From Octopus vulgaris (Eukaryota): a DNA stretch of 64,000 bases. Each line of letters opens with the position of its first letter. Position 1 is the first letter of the stretch. Positions 13,226-27,334 of the stretch are shown in pieces. Below the pieces are notes generated by a model. It saw nothing but the letters and a program-made list of their open reading frames with translations. It did not search any database and was not told the DNA's origin. Both the position numbers and the translations under genes were made by a program. The stretch lies in the NCBI GenBank assembly GCA_951406725.2, contig OX597837.1, forward strand, positions 12,214,001 through 12,278,000. The letters run 5' to 3'.

Positions 13226-13444
13226 TACGAGGAAGTGCTGAAAAGTTCCTGACTATAAGGGTGTCACGAAAGGCCTGGTTGAAGGCCCAAACTTCCGAAT
13301 TCTTTTATAGGGTTTAGAAAAACTGAACGACCGCCGGAATAATTATGTAAATCAGAGAAAAATATGTTGAATAAAATCATAATTAACGGATCCTCCTGTA
13401 TTTTCTTTTATCCAAAGCCAGGAACTTTTCAGCAACCACACGTA
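13226..13444 (+). mobile_element. Mariner-derived MITE
   Basis: TIRs tacgaggaagtgctgaaaagttcctgact / agccaggaacttttcagcaaccacacgta with TA ends. The interior resembles the degenerate mariner C-terminus (KL..R..K.V....YVE*). Confidence 0.8.
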
Positions 13445-14025
13445 TATTTAGGTGTGTCAGCTTCAGGTCATGGATTTGATTTTTAGTGGTTCATAAAAAT
13501 GGAAGTCGGTCTCCCGGAGAGAAAAGTGAAGAGGAAAGAACAAGCTTGTCTGGGAGAAAAGGCAATACCAAAATATATTCTGCAGAATGGAAGCGATGAG
13601 AATAAAATGGGTGGGAAAAAGGAAGAGGAGAAAGAGAAGGAAGGTAAGGAAATGATGGTGGGAAGAAGAGGAGAAGAAAGAGGAGGAGAATGAGGTAGTG
13701 GAGATGGAGAAGAAGGGGATAGAGAAGGAGATGGAGAAGATGAAAAAGGAGGAAAAGGAGGAGGAGGAAATGAAGGGGAGGGAAAGAAGATTGATGATCA
13801 TGATGATGACGTCCACGAGACCATAATGATGATGATGATGATGGTTATCATTCTTTTTCACCCCTTCTCCCCTTCTCCTCCTCATTCTCCTTCTCCTTCT
13901 CCTCCACCTTTTCCTTCTCCTCCTCCTTCTCCTTCTCCTTCTCCTCCTTCATTTTCTCCACCTCATTCTTTACCTCCATTTATCATCACGAGACGGTGAT
14001 AATGCAATAGAATAAGTAAAGTACG

Positions 14026-14075
<50 letters not shown>

Positions 14076-14079
14076 GTAT

Positions 14080-14161
<82 letters not shown>

Positions 14162-14164
14162 CAC

Positions 14165-14223
<59 letters not shown>

Positions 14224-14226
14224 TTG

Positions 14227-14258
<32 letters not shown>

Positions 14259-14410
14259 CATACATATATATTATATATATATATTTATTTGATATATATA
14301 TATATAAAGAAGAGAGAGAGAGAGATACTCCGGAAAGATAAAGAGAAACAAAAAACTGGGAAATAACAGCAAGTCAGATTAGTGTGAAAACATCAGAAAA
14401 TAATCCCCCC

Positions 14411-14470
<60 letters not shown>

Positions 14471-15017
14471 AAAATCAACATAAGCATGAGTCTGACCGTT
14501 GTTACAGAGACAGAGAAAAAATATGTCAAGTAGAGAAAAGTGCTAAAGAAAGACAAAATACAATAAACAATAAAAAATTATACATATGTATGTATATATA
14601 TATATATACACACATGATACATGTGTGTGTATGTGCATGTGTGTGTGTATGTGTGCGTGTATGTGTGTGCGTAACATGCTTAAATCCTAACCACTTATAA
14701 CTGAAGAGAAACAGACGATAGGTTTGACATCAGACAACAATTTTGAAGTGAGAGTAAACAGTAAATTCTTAATATGTATATAACGTATATAATATATATA
14801 TAAGTGCATTTGAAGAGCAAACCTCGTATATGTATATTGATAACATCTTTTATTCCTAATTCTTATATCCAGATCCCAAAACACCCATATCTGGAATTTT
14901 TTTCGAGTGAGGGAAGCGCCGTAAATGGAGAAGTGCTCAGAAAGTTCATTATACTTTACTTCTAAAAATGCCAGTCATATCGCGCGCGCACACAAACGTG
15001 TATATAGAAATAAATAA

Positions 15018-15178
<161 letters not shown>

Positions 15179-15180
15179 TA

Positions 15181-15298
<118 letters not shown>

Positions 15299-15457
15299 TG
15301 TATATATATATATAAATGTATATGCGGGATATTGTGTATGTATGTCATTATTCAGTTTATTTCAAGATTTCTTGTCAATAGAAGAACAGGTTTCTAACCT
15401 AGATCCAAGGCTCCTTCAATAGAATTTCAGCATCAATAACCGGGTATTTTTGCATGC

Positions 15458-15488
<31 letters not shown>

Positions 15489-15523
15489 TGTATGTATGTA
15501 TGTATGTATATATACATATACAT

Positions 15524-15867
<344 letters not shown>

Positions 15868-16164
15868 TGTATATAAGGGAGTGGCAAGTGGTATAAGTCT
15901 ATTGACGTATATTAATAGTTATGTATAACGAGTGCTTAGATCAGTTTACCACTAAAATGAGTAGGAAATGTTGAAATTGCTTATCCAAGGCGACTGACAG
16001 TCGAACTCATCCAGCGTGTTTAAATAGACCCAAAATGGAAGACGGACAAACAAAGCATTTGGCGTTATTCATAGATGTTTACTTCGTAATGAAGAGTACA
16101 AAGAACGTATAAACTATAAAACAGTTATGGCGTCTATCATAACTGGTCTCTGCCTTCTATTTCT

Positions 16165-16512
16165 CATGGTTCCAGGTTCAGTCCCACTGCGTGACACCTT
16201 GGGCATGTGTCTTCTACTATAGCCTCGGGCCGACCAAAGCCTTGTGAGAGGATTTGGTAGACGGAAACTGAAGGAAGCCTGTCGTGTATATTTATATATA
16301 TATATACGTGTGTGTGCGTGTATGTTTGTGTGTGTGTGTTTGTCCCACTAGCATTGCTTGACAACCGATGCTGGTGTGTTTATGTCCCCGTCACTTAGAA
16401 TAAGTACTAGGCTTACAAAGAATAAGTTCCGGGGTCGAGTTGCTCGACTAAAGGCGGGTCTCCAGCATGGCCGCAGTCAAATGACTGAAACAAGTAAAAG
16501 AGAAAAAACAAG
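16165..16512 (+). mobile_element. SINE family A (5'-truncated)
   Basis: Matches family A from catggttccaggttcagtccc to the tail. Confidence 0.9.
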
Positions 16513-16850
16513 ATATATATATATATAGTAATTATTTGAGGGAATATTAATCCTAATTTACAGGGAAAAAAATTCAATTTATACACACACACCTACACAC
16601 ACACACACACACACACACACCCACACGACAGGCTTCTACACAGTTTCCGCCAGCCAAATTAACTCACAACGATTTGGGCACCTTGGGGGTTTTAGTAGGA
16701 TTTACTTGCGCAATATACAGCGCAGAAAAGGCAGAACACGAAACCTCATCCTCGTGGCTGTAAAGCGAGTTTTTTTTTTTTTTTAGCTATACAACCATGT
16801 CTGCGGCCGCCTATAAAGATAAAACAAAAAAACCCTTTTAAAAGAATCGC

Positions 16851-17518
16851 AAATACCTATTTCTTTATTGCCCACAAGGGGCTAAACACAGAGGGGACAA
16901 ACAGGGGATCTTTTCGGTTTGAACAGCAGTTTTTAACATAATTTCTAGGTAACTAAAAAATTTTAAACTTCGTATACTGGTAGAATGTGTTTATAAAACA
17001 TCTTTTTCTCTTGGCTTTATAGAGAAAATTCTATAGTTTGTAAGATATTTAGTCTTTAATTTCTTGCATTTCGGCAGTTTCAACCAATCAATGACCGTCT
17101 ATTGAGGTGAAAACATTCTGTGCCGCATGAATATGTCCTTCGTTTAAGAAACATATTGGGTTTATTTACATTTGTGAAGAAAAAGAGATACCCTTCCCCT
17201 CACACCTAACCCTAACCTAAAACAGATTGAAATGCAATAGATCGATACTAGGGTCATAATTATGGGTGACAATTTCATATGACACCGCTAGAAAAAAACT
17301 GCCGTTCAAACCGAAACGATCCCAAGCAAGTATAGACAAACGGATTAAGTCGATTACATCGACCCCAGTTGCGTCACTGCTACTTAATTTATCGACCCCC
17401 GAAAAGATGAAAGGCAAAGTCGACTTCGGCGGAATTTGAACTCAGAACGCAGTGGCGTATGAAATACCACAAAGCATTTCGCCCGGCGTGCTAACGATTC
17501 TGCCAGTTCGCCGCCTTA
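16851..17518 (-). mobile_element. SINE family B interrupted by a MITE
   Basis: Family B tail at 16851-16904 resumes at 17324. Confidence 0.85.
16905..17323. mobile_element. Non-autonomous DNA transposon (MITE) with ~30-bp TIRs
   Basis: gggatcttttcggtttgaacagcagttttt / aaaaactgccgttcaaaccgaaacgatccc; internal cctaaccctaacc; nested in a SINE with a degenerate ~7-bp duplication. Confidence 0.85.
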
Positions 17519-17986
17519 AGAATCGCAAAATAGCCTAAACATAATTTAGAGGTCTACGTCACCAGACAAGCAGACGACACTGGTGCATGCTGGGAAGTAG
17601 GGACATTAAAAAAAGGATGACAAAAGGAGTTAAGAAACCAACGGAAAATATTGTAACAAATAAGCTAAACTCGTGTTAATAACCCGGGTCAATGGCTTTT
17701 GAGTGCAATCATCTAATATAATGAGTTAGTTTGCGGTTTCTATTGCTTAAATGTTAGCCTATATGCCATGTGTGTGTGTGTGTGAACGTGTGCATGTATG
17801 TGTAACTGTGAAACGGGGTTTCTGACATCATTGTTATTTGTGAGACAATCCACTTCTCTTCGTTCCGTTTCTGCTTTGTTGTTTTGTTTTCAAGTGACCT
17901 TTGATTGGACTTGCATATTTTATTTTTGTTGCTGCTTTGTATTCTGTGCTTTGGAGTGATTTTTCTTTGTTTATTGTAATTGCTTG

Positions 17987-18026
<40 letters not shown>

Positions 18027-18159
18027 ATGTGAGTGTGTAAGTGTCCGAGTGAAAGAGGGACTATGCTAATAAGTGTGAAGAAAAACGAAAAACGACGGAA
18101 GGTGGAGGAACCAGATTCTAGAACTATTCATATTTTGGTAAGTGACTTTTTCACGAAAT

Positions 18160-18352
18160 TCTTATCTACTCTAGGCACAAGACCCAAAATGTTTGGGGAG
18201 GAAACCAGGTGATAAGATCGACCCCAGTACGCAACTGGTACTTAATTTATAGACCCCCCGAAAGGATAAAAGGCAAAGTCGACCTCGGCGGATTTCGAAC
18301 TCAGAACGTAAAGACAGACATTATTTCGCCCGGCGTGCTAACGATTCTGCCA
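18160..18352 (-). mobile_element. SINE family B
   Basis: Central domain and head in reverse orientation. Confidence 0.8.
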
Positions 18353-18493
18353 GGTTCAAACAATGCTTCGTTTCTGACGATTCTCTGTGTTCTACGAAAA
18401 GATTTCAAGGTTCCTTGAATAAAGTGTCAGGAAAATTATATATATATATGTATACACACATACACAATCACACATACACGCGCATACACACAC

Positions 18494-18805
18494 ACTGGAG
18501 TCAATGTAATCGACTTAATTCCTTTGTCTGTCCTTGTTTGTCCCCTCTGTGTTTAGGTCCTTGTGGAAATAAGAAACGTTAGCAGGCCAGGCGAAATGCT
18601 TAGCGGTCTCTCTGTGTTTAGCCCCTTGTGGGTAGTAAAGAAATAGGTATTTTTCGTCTGTCTTCTGAGTTCAAATTCCACCGAGGTCGACTTTGTCTTT
18701 CATCCTTTCGGGGTACCAGCTGTGTACAGGGGTCGATCTAATAGATTGCCCCCCCCCCCCACCTTCCCCAATATTTCGGACCTTGTGCCTAGAGTAGAAC
18801 AGAAT
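18494..18805 (+). mobile_element. Rearranged SINE family B multimer
   Basis: Tail-head-tail-body mosaic that contains the aaagaaatag|gtattt junction. Confidence 0.8.
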
Positions 18806-18929
18806 AAATGTCGTCTTAGTCTTCCACAATCTCCACATCTGACTGGCGAGATCTTGATATCTTGATGTCCAACTTGGAGATCTCTGCGAGAGACTCGTTA
18901 AGTATCTCGAATATTTGGTACACACACGT

Positions 18930-19144
18930 GGAGGCGCAATGGCCCAGTGGTTAGGGCAGCGGACTTGCGGTCGGAGGATCGCGGTTTCGATTCCCAGACC
19001 GGGCGTTATGTGTGTTTATTGAGCGAAAACACCTAAAAGCTCCACGAGGCTCCGGCAGGGGGTGGTGGTGATCCCTGCTGTACTCTTTCACCACTCTAAA
19101 GGCGGTGCTCCAGCATGGCCGCAGTCAAATGACTGAAACAAGTA
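18930..19144 (+). mobile_element. Chimeric SINE: family C head fused to family A tail
   Basis: 18930-19094 matches the family C 5' half; 19097-19144 is ctaaaggcggtgctccagcatggccgcagtcaaatgactgaaacaagta. Confidence 0.8.
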
Positions 19145-19472
19145 CACCGGGGTTACAGGAAAAGTTTTGGTATGAGGTCTTTGTGAATGCTAACAACTGT
19201 GTCTTCCATATCATCCAAAACTTGCCGAAATATTTCTTCGTAATTCAAGTTTTAATCACAAAACCACATATGGCATTTTTATTGATTCCCAGACACCTAA
19301 ATCATTTGTCACAGGTCATAAAGTGGTGACAAAGAGGTCATTGATCTCCTTTGTCCTTGGGCAGGTAAGTGACCTTTCCTTGATTGGTTACTAAATACAA
19401 ATACAAATATATGTATTTATTTTTCTACTTATTTACATACGTATACATATGTGTATGTATTTATGTATGATC

Positions 19473-19520
<48 letters not shown>

Positions 19521-19631
19521 CATACATATAAGAGGGCTGACCACTACGTAGACATCTATTATGCTAGAAGTAGATCGGCTATGGTCTTACCACTAAGAAA
19601 GGGTTAGGGTTAGAGTGGTAAGACCCTAATT

Positions 19632-19731
<100 letters not shown>

Positions 19732-19859
19732 TGTATGCATATATATATGATGGACTCTCCCTCTGGAAGATGAGGTATGAGCGTCCAGCTTTACCTGAAA
19801 AACCTGCACAAATGATTTGTCCATGTTGGTCAAACGTATGTGTTGCACATTATCTTACT

Positions 19860-20044
19860 TCTTCCATCAAATTCACGTGACCTGAACAGGTGCTCGGTGT
19901 GCCACGCGTCAGGTGTCGAAGTGATCGCGGAGCAAACGTGAGATGAAGTGTTTTGCTCACGGACACAACGCGCCACCCGGCGCAGGAATCGAAACTGCGA
20001 TCGCTAGATCCTGAGTGCAATACACTAACCACTAAGCCATGCGC
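19860..20044 (-). mobile_element. tRNA-derived SINE, family E
   Basis: Head gcgcatggcttagtggttag, B box gtttcgattcc, core tgagcaaaacacttc, distinct tail. Confidence 0.7.
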
Positions 20045-20060
20045 ATATATGTGTGTGCGC

Positions 20061-20091
<31 letters not shown>

Positions 20092-20776
20092 CATGACAAT
20101 TTGTATATATGAATTTATGTATGTATATATGTGCGTGTATGTATGTATGATCGTGTTCAGTTATGTACGCAAGTGTGTTTGTAAATATATATATGTAGTT
20201 ATATATACACATATATACATATATACATATATATACATATATATGCATACACATGTATATATGTATGTATGTATGTAGTTATATATACATATATACATAT
20301 ATATGCATACACATGTACGTACGTATGTATGTATGTATGTACGTATGTATGTATGTATGTATGTATGTATGTATGTACGTATGTACGTATGTATGTATGT
20401 ATGTACGTATGTATGTATGTGTGTATGTATGTATGTATGTATGTATGTATGTATGTATGTATGTACGTATGTATATATGTATGTATGTATGTAGTTATAT
20501 ATACATATATACATATATATGCATACACATGTACGTATGTATGTATGTATGTATGTATGTATGTATGTATGTATGTATGTATGTATGTATGTATGCATGC
20601 ATGTATGCATGTATGTGTGTGTGTGTATATGTGTGTGTGTCTGTACGAGCTTTCCTTTTCGCTTTTGTTATTTCTCTGAAATCTTTTTGTCAAGAAGCAG
20701 CTGCTTTTCAACAAATAATCAAATAAACAATGGAGCCGAGTTTCTTCAGGGAAATGGTAACAACAACAACAGCAGC

Positions 20777-20808
<32 letters not shown>

Positions 20809-21255
20809 CCACAAGACACACAACAACAGCAACAACGAACACAACGGCAGCAACGATATCCATACTGAATTTCAGAAGAGTCTTAAGATATTTCTAATGT
20901 CTCACTCGCAGATGGTATTTGTAGAGTATAAATCAACATGGAGTGTTTCTTTGTCTAAAAATTCGCCGACTTTCTTAGACAATCACGCCATCATTTAATA
21001 AAATTGGTTGAATGAGGAGAGAGAGGCAGGAAGTGCATTGCAGTCGTTTGTTATCTCCCTTTATCGTTTTAAGGTTCAAATCTCTGCCATGTTTATTTTG
21101 CCTCTCATATCTTCGTGGTCGATAAAGTAAGAACTTATCCTTCCCCAAAATACTGGAACAGAGAGGGTTTGCATAATTGATGCTCCGTCTTCACCTCACC
21201 ATACATACATACACGCATACAGACATACAGATATACATTCATGAATACATGCATA

Positions 21256-21552
21256 TCTTTATTTATAAAAGTGAAGTTGTGTGTCTGTCTCCTACGATTT
21301 AGATTCCTAACTACTCCCACTTTTTGCGGTGCAGTTTAACCAAAACCGGGTATCTTATAGTCGTGATTCATATCGAGCCCTTCTGGGTATTAGCACACGT
21401 CTACGATGAGTCTACGATTTAAAAAAAAATTTACCATCATTTTTTCCCATTTTTAATGCATTTTTTGCTATTATATAAGGGGAGTAACTCTCTAAAAATG
21501 CTTATATAGTTATTTCCCTTACAAACCCGAGAAACGCCGGGCGATACTGCTA

Positions 21553-21553
<1 letters not shown>
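21256..21553 (+). mobile_element. Non-autonomous Helitron
   Basis: A|TC start, subterminal hairpin cccgagaaacgccggg, CTAG|T end, no TSD. Confidence 0.85.
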
Positions 21554-21609
<56 letters not shown>

Positions 21610-21698
21610 TTCTTAATGTATCATTCTACAAATTATATACAGTACGATACAAAAAAAAAAAAAAAACAATCTTCTTACCACACAGCCACACCTGCGCC

Positions 21699-21789
<91 letters not shown>

Positions 21790-21946
21790 ATGTATATATA
21801 TATAGATATACAGGTATATATGTATAAATGTATGCATACATATCTATGCACACACACACACATAAACACACACGCATACGCATAGACGTGCACGCGCACA
21901 CACACATACATGCATATATATATCTATCTATATATGTATGTATGTG

Positions 21947-21995
<49 letters not shown>

Positions 21996-22584
21996 GTGTG
22001 TGTATATATAAATACACTTATACATAAATGTAAACATATGAATTCTTCAGAGGTGAATGACCTGTTAAGTATTCTATGATGCTTTGTCATTATCTCCCGA
22101 AATCACAGAGAAATACTTTTGCACACAAGTATACATTCATACATACGTGATTACATAGTATATACATGCATAAATGTATACATACGCACATATATACACA
22201 TACCATATGTAAATATATTTTCGTACATAGCCTGTTGTAACACGCAACGAAATTTCGCTTAACTGTAATAAGCAAGAACCTTATATTTATGAAATCTAGT
22301 ATATACATAGATCAGGGATAAGGAACCCCCCGCAATTGCGCCCTCGTGCCTATTTTATTGTGCCTGCTGGCTGGTATACTCATATATACAAAATATAGTA
22401 AACTTTCAATTATAAAATTCATACAATATTCGTATGCCTATTTGCGGCATAAGTCGCGTTTCCCACACGACTTAAAACGGTTAGACTCGAACAGAAAATC
22501 GTCCGTGATTGCCATTTAAATGGAAATTTTGCTTTCATTTTAAAACACATATTGCTAGGTTTTAAAGATGTTAGCGTATGTTTG

Positions 22585-22829
22585 TTTAACTGTGGTCTGT
22601 ATTTTCGGATGAAATTGTTTACGTTATTTATTTGAGTTTGGTCAGTAGTACTGTCTAGGCAAAGATACAGTGGGAAAACTTGGAATTTGGGGGACTTAAT
22701 TTTGGCACAGAGATATAAGTGGCTACTGATTGGTATCTGTCTTGTGATGGGGTCCCGCAATTGTTGACGGTGGACTGTCATCTTGTCCTTGAGGGTAAGG
22801 CTAGTTTGCCCTACGAATCTTTGTGTCAC
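22585..22829 (-). pseudogene. Degenerate PLE GIY-YIG endonuclease C-terminus (Neptune-like)
   Basis: FVGQTSLTLKDKMTVHRQQLRDP..QIPISSHLYLC....PKFQVFP......FIRKYRPQLN shows the YxGxT / H / H / PxLN pattern. Confidence 0.7.
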
Positions 22830-22940
22830 CTTTTACCTCGTTATGGCTTGGCAGCCCTTACTGTTTGTTTACACTGTCCTGTTTTTGTTACCAACTTTGA
22901 CCTACCGCAAATCCCAAATTTTATTTTGCTTTGCGAGAGC

Positions 22941-23094
22941 AGTGGCTGTGTGGTAAGTAGCTTGTTTACCAACCACATGGTTCCGGGTTCAGTCCCACTG
23001 CGTGGCACCTCTGGCAAGTGTCTTCTACTATAGCCTCGGTCCGACCAAACCCTTGTGAGCGGATTTGGTAGGCGGAAACTGAAAGAAGCCCGTC

Positions 23095-23162
<68 letters not shown>

Positions 23163-23381
23163 TGTGTGTGTTTGTGTGTTTGTGTTTGTCCCCCTAGCAT
23201 TGCTTGACAACCGATGCAGATGTGTTTATGTCACCATTACTTAACGGTTCGGCAAAAGAGACCGATAGAATAAGTACTGGGCTTACAAAAGAATAAGTCC
23301 CGGGGTCGAGTTGCTCGATTAAAGGCGGTGCTCCAGCATGGCCGCAGTCAAATGACTGAGACAAGTAAAAGAGTAAAAGAG
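22941..23381 (+). mobile_element. SINE family A inserted in an older repeat
   Basis: Near full length; the flanks 22908-22940 and 23382-23580 rejoin to match 53858-54093. Confidence 0.9.
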
Positions 23382-23631
23382 AACTGTTTTCTCAAAGACA
23401 CATATTGCAATAGCTCGAAATGTGTAGTAGATAAACAGCCGACATCTGATGAAGAGTCGTTCTTTATGTTACTTTATGTTTTCCTTTTGTTTCTTTCGTT
23501 GTTCGCAAAAAGATTTCGGATTCCATGTTTTCGTATTTTGTATTTCATGTTGTTTACGTATTATGACGTCCCATTCTCATATATGCATATGTATATGCAT
23601 ATATATGTACGTATATATGCATATTATATCA

Positions 23632-23716
<85 letters not shown>

Positions 23717-23764
23717 ATATGCATATTTATTATATATATACATATATATATGTATATATAAATA

Positions 23765-23843
<79 letters not shown>

Positions 23844-23990
23844 GAATGAATTATCTTAGTGCGGATAATTCGGTTAACCGATACCTGGGTAGCAGATTCA
23901 CGCCAGAAAAACACGGTTGAAGCTACATGCCAAGGGCAGAGATCACGTGCTTTCATGTGGAAATTTGTGTGTTTTTTTTTAATACAAATA

Positions 23991-24155
23991 AATGAAAGAA
24001 TGGAGTTGAACGACGATTTAACAAAATTCCTTTATTCTCGACATATGTTTCGAAGGCTGCATATTCCTAATTTCGAATTAGGAATATGCAGCCTTCGAAA
24101 CATATGTCGAGAATAAAGGAATTTTGTTAAATCGTCGTTCAACTCCATTCTTTCA

Positions 24156-24157
<2 letters not shown>
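23991..24157. repeat. Perfect palindrome (82-bp arms, 3-nt loop) of a hammerhead 3' half
   Basis: Each arm carries ttc-GAAA-catatg-TC-gagaataaa; centred at 24074. Confidence 0.95.
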
Positions 24158-24231
<74 letters not shown>

Positions 24232-24466
24232 TATATGCACATATATATACATACATATCTATGCATGTATGTGTGTATACCCTCTTTGTCTCTTTTTTTC
24301 TGTCTTTCTCTTTCTGCCTCTCTCTCACACACACACGCACACACACGCACACACACACACACACACACACACGTACACACGCACACACTTGCGGTCTGAG
24401 TACTCGGCACAAGGGAAGCAATCTTCTCTTTTAGCCTTGACCGAATTCTTAACGTCTTCTCTCCAG

Positions 24467-24695
24467 ATTCTAGCTTCGTGAAGACACGACAGCTGTAGCA
24501 CTTTTAGGAGGCATCCACACACCTCGCACCTCCCCATAACTATCACCACCGCCGCCGCCGCCACCACCGATCCACCACCCCCATCAGCACCAGCAGCATT
24601 ATCAGCTACACTACACCAGATGTGCAGCTGCTGACACGCCACCGCCACCACAACTCTCCCTACCATTACTTGTAGAATTATTACCACCGCCGCTT

Positions 24696-24744
<49 letters not shown>

Positions 24745-24745
24745 A

Positions 24746-24780
<35 letters not shown>

Positions 24781-26083
24781 TACTACTTATAGTGATGGCA
24801 ACGTAGCAGTAACCACAGCAGCAGTGATAATTGTTTTGCTGACAGCAGCAGCATCGACTACATCAGCAGCAACAACATGGAGGGATTGCAAACACATCAG
24901 CAGCACTAACGGAAGCAACACGTGCAGCTGTAGTAACGATGCAGACTTCATCGATGAATGCAGCAGCAGCAACTGCAGCAGCCAATGTAATTAGTTCAGC
25001 AGCACCGGAAGCAGCAGCTGCAGCGACAGCAGCACCGGGAGCAGAAGCCAATATAACTTGTTCAACAGCAGCACAGAAGCAGCAGCGGCTGAAGGCAGAG
25101 CAGCGCTGTCAGCAGCAGCCAATCTAAATAGTTGAATGCCAGAAGCCAGCAGCAGCAGGAACAGCGGCAAAACAGCGGCAAAGCAGCAGCCATGCAGCAG
25201 CCAAACAACAGCCATGCAGCAGGGATGCAGCAGGCATGCAGCAGCAAAGCAGGAGCAAAACAGCAGCAGAACAGCAGAAATGCAGCAGCAAAACAGCAGC
25301 AATGCGGCAGCAAAACAGCAGCAAACAGCAGCAAAGCAGCAGCAAAGCAGCAGCAAAACAGCGGCCAAACAGCATTAGAACAACGGCCAAACTGCAGCAA
25401 AATAGCGGCAATGCAGCAGCAAAGCAAATAATTTCTTCAGCAGCGCCGGATGCAACAGCAGCAGGGACAACAGCAAAACAGCAGCAACGGCAGCAGTTTG
25501 TATAGCTTGTTGAACAGCAGCGGAAGCAGCAGCAAGAGCAGCGGCAAAACCATCAGCATCAGCAACAACAGCCAGTGTAGCTAGTTCAACAGCAGCAGCA
25601 AAAGCGACAGCATGAGCAGCAGCAGCAGACGAAATAAGCCTCGAAGCAGCAGCAGCGAATATAATAGTTATATAACAAGCAGCAGCAGCACGAACAGGTG
25701 AGCGCAATCAGCAGCGTTAACAGTAGCGCCCTCCTCAGCAGTGGAAGCAGCACCGGAAGCAGCAGCGGATGTAGTAGTAGCAGTTGTAACAGCAGCACTT
25801 GTACTCGTATTTGCAGCGATGTTTTGACTGGTTTCCATCTTTTTTTTTTGTCCCAAACAAAGACGGAAGCGAAAAAGTTCCAGAATGCTAACGACCACAA
25901 CACCAACAACACCAACAACAGCAACAACACGAACAACGATCACGGGATTAAGGAAGAAAGGGACAACATGAACAACAGCAGCAACAACAATATCATACAA
26001 CAACAACAACAGCAACCACAGCGACTCGACGACGACGTCGGCAATGGCGGCGACGGGTACTTTAAACGGAGGTGCAATAAGAG
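24467..26083 (+). other. Candidate long CAG/CAA-rich host exon (mostly 5' UTR) with a possible short coding end
   Basis: Acceptor cttaacgtcttctctccag at 24466 and donor GAG|gtaaga at 26083. The span has no SINEs. ATG at 26044 (gcaATGg, MAATGTLNGGAIR) or at 25968 (MNNSSNNN...KRRCNKR). No recognisable homology. Confidence 0.3.
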
Positions 26084-26240
26084 GTAAGAGGGCAATGCTA
26101 GAAACAGCAGCAACTAATAACAACTGCAACAGCAAGAGCATCATCATCATCATCATCATCATCAAACACAACAACAACAACAATATCAAAGACAATCAGT
26201 AGTTGTTTAAGAATCCCTGTTTCGGACAATTCATCTTTTG

Positions 26241-26282
<42 letters not shown>

Positions 26283-26319
26283 CTGCATGCAAACACATAC
26301 ACGTACACACACACACACA

Positions 26320-26366
<47 letters not shown>

Positions 26367-26611
26367 ATCTATCTATCTCTATCTATCCCACAAACACACA
26401 TACACACAGACACGCACTCGCGCACACACGCACGACCATGTTCTCTCTCTCTCTCTCTCTTCCCGTCAGTCTTACCCTCTCTTTCGCTCTCGTTCTCTCT
26501 CTCTTCCTCTCATGTTCACTATATCGATTTCTTTTGATCTTTCCGCACACACGCAAAACTTTTACTTTTTGGCGCCACAATTATATATACCAACGTACGT
26601 GTACTCTTTAG

Positions 26612-26835
26612 TACTCTTTACTCTTTTACTCGTTTCAGTCATTTGACTGCGGCCATGCTGGAGCACCGCCTTTAGTCGAGCAAATCGACCCCGGGACTTA
26701 TTCTTTGTAAGCCCAGTACTTATTCTATCGGTCTCTTTTGCCGAACCGCTAAGTTACGGGGACGTAAACACACCAGCATCGGTTGTCAAGCGACGTTGGG
26801 GGGACAAACACAGACACACAAACATACACACATAC
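26612..26835 (-). mobile_element. SINE family A, 3' half
   Basis: Young reverse copy of the tail and body. Confidence 0.9.
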
Positions 26836-26861
26836 AGTCGAAGCGTTCCTGTCACAATCTA

Positions 26862-26900
26862 AACCCGATGAATGCTTAAATGCATGAAAGTATACTAGTT
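26862..26900 (+). ncRNA. Minimal type I hammerhead, U4C core variant
   Basis: aac-CCGATGA-atgc(ttaaat)gcat-GAAA-gtatac-TA-gtt; palindromic stem III AGTATACT. Confidence 0.75.
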
Positions 26901-27117
26901 CAATGAGAATAGACACTTAATATTTGATTTTCAATATTTCATCTATTCAATAAGACAATCAATACTTCATTTCATTTCTTTCTTACTATATATATTTTAT
27001 ATCCTATATTAATATTATAAGAATATAAATAATGCATAAAAATCAGAGTTGGAATTCCTTTGAGCAATATATTCTTCTATACACAATCATACAAATCCAT
27101 TTGTATATATACATACA

Positions 27118-27251
<134 letters not shown>

Positions 27252-27290
27252 AATTCAAGTCATAATATTTGGATTTAACTAATCCAGTGT

Positions 27291-27334
<44 letters not shown>

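Noticed and set aside
15375-15425. Minus-strand ttgaagga-gcct..aggtt-agaaacc hairpin
   Set aside because: Non-canonical core and no stem I pairing; too degenerate to call.
19315-19364. 50-bp ag/gtaagt-bounded micro-exon
   Set aside because: Splice-like signals only; no homology or partner exon.
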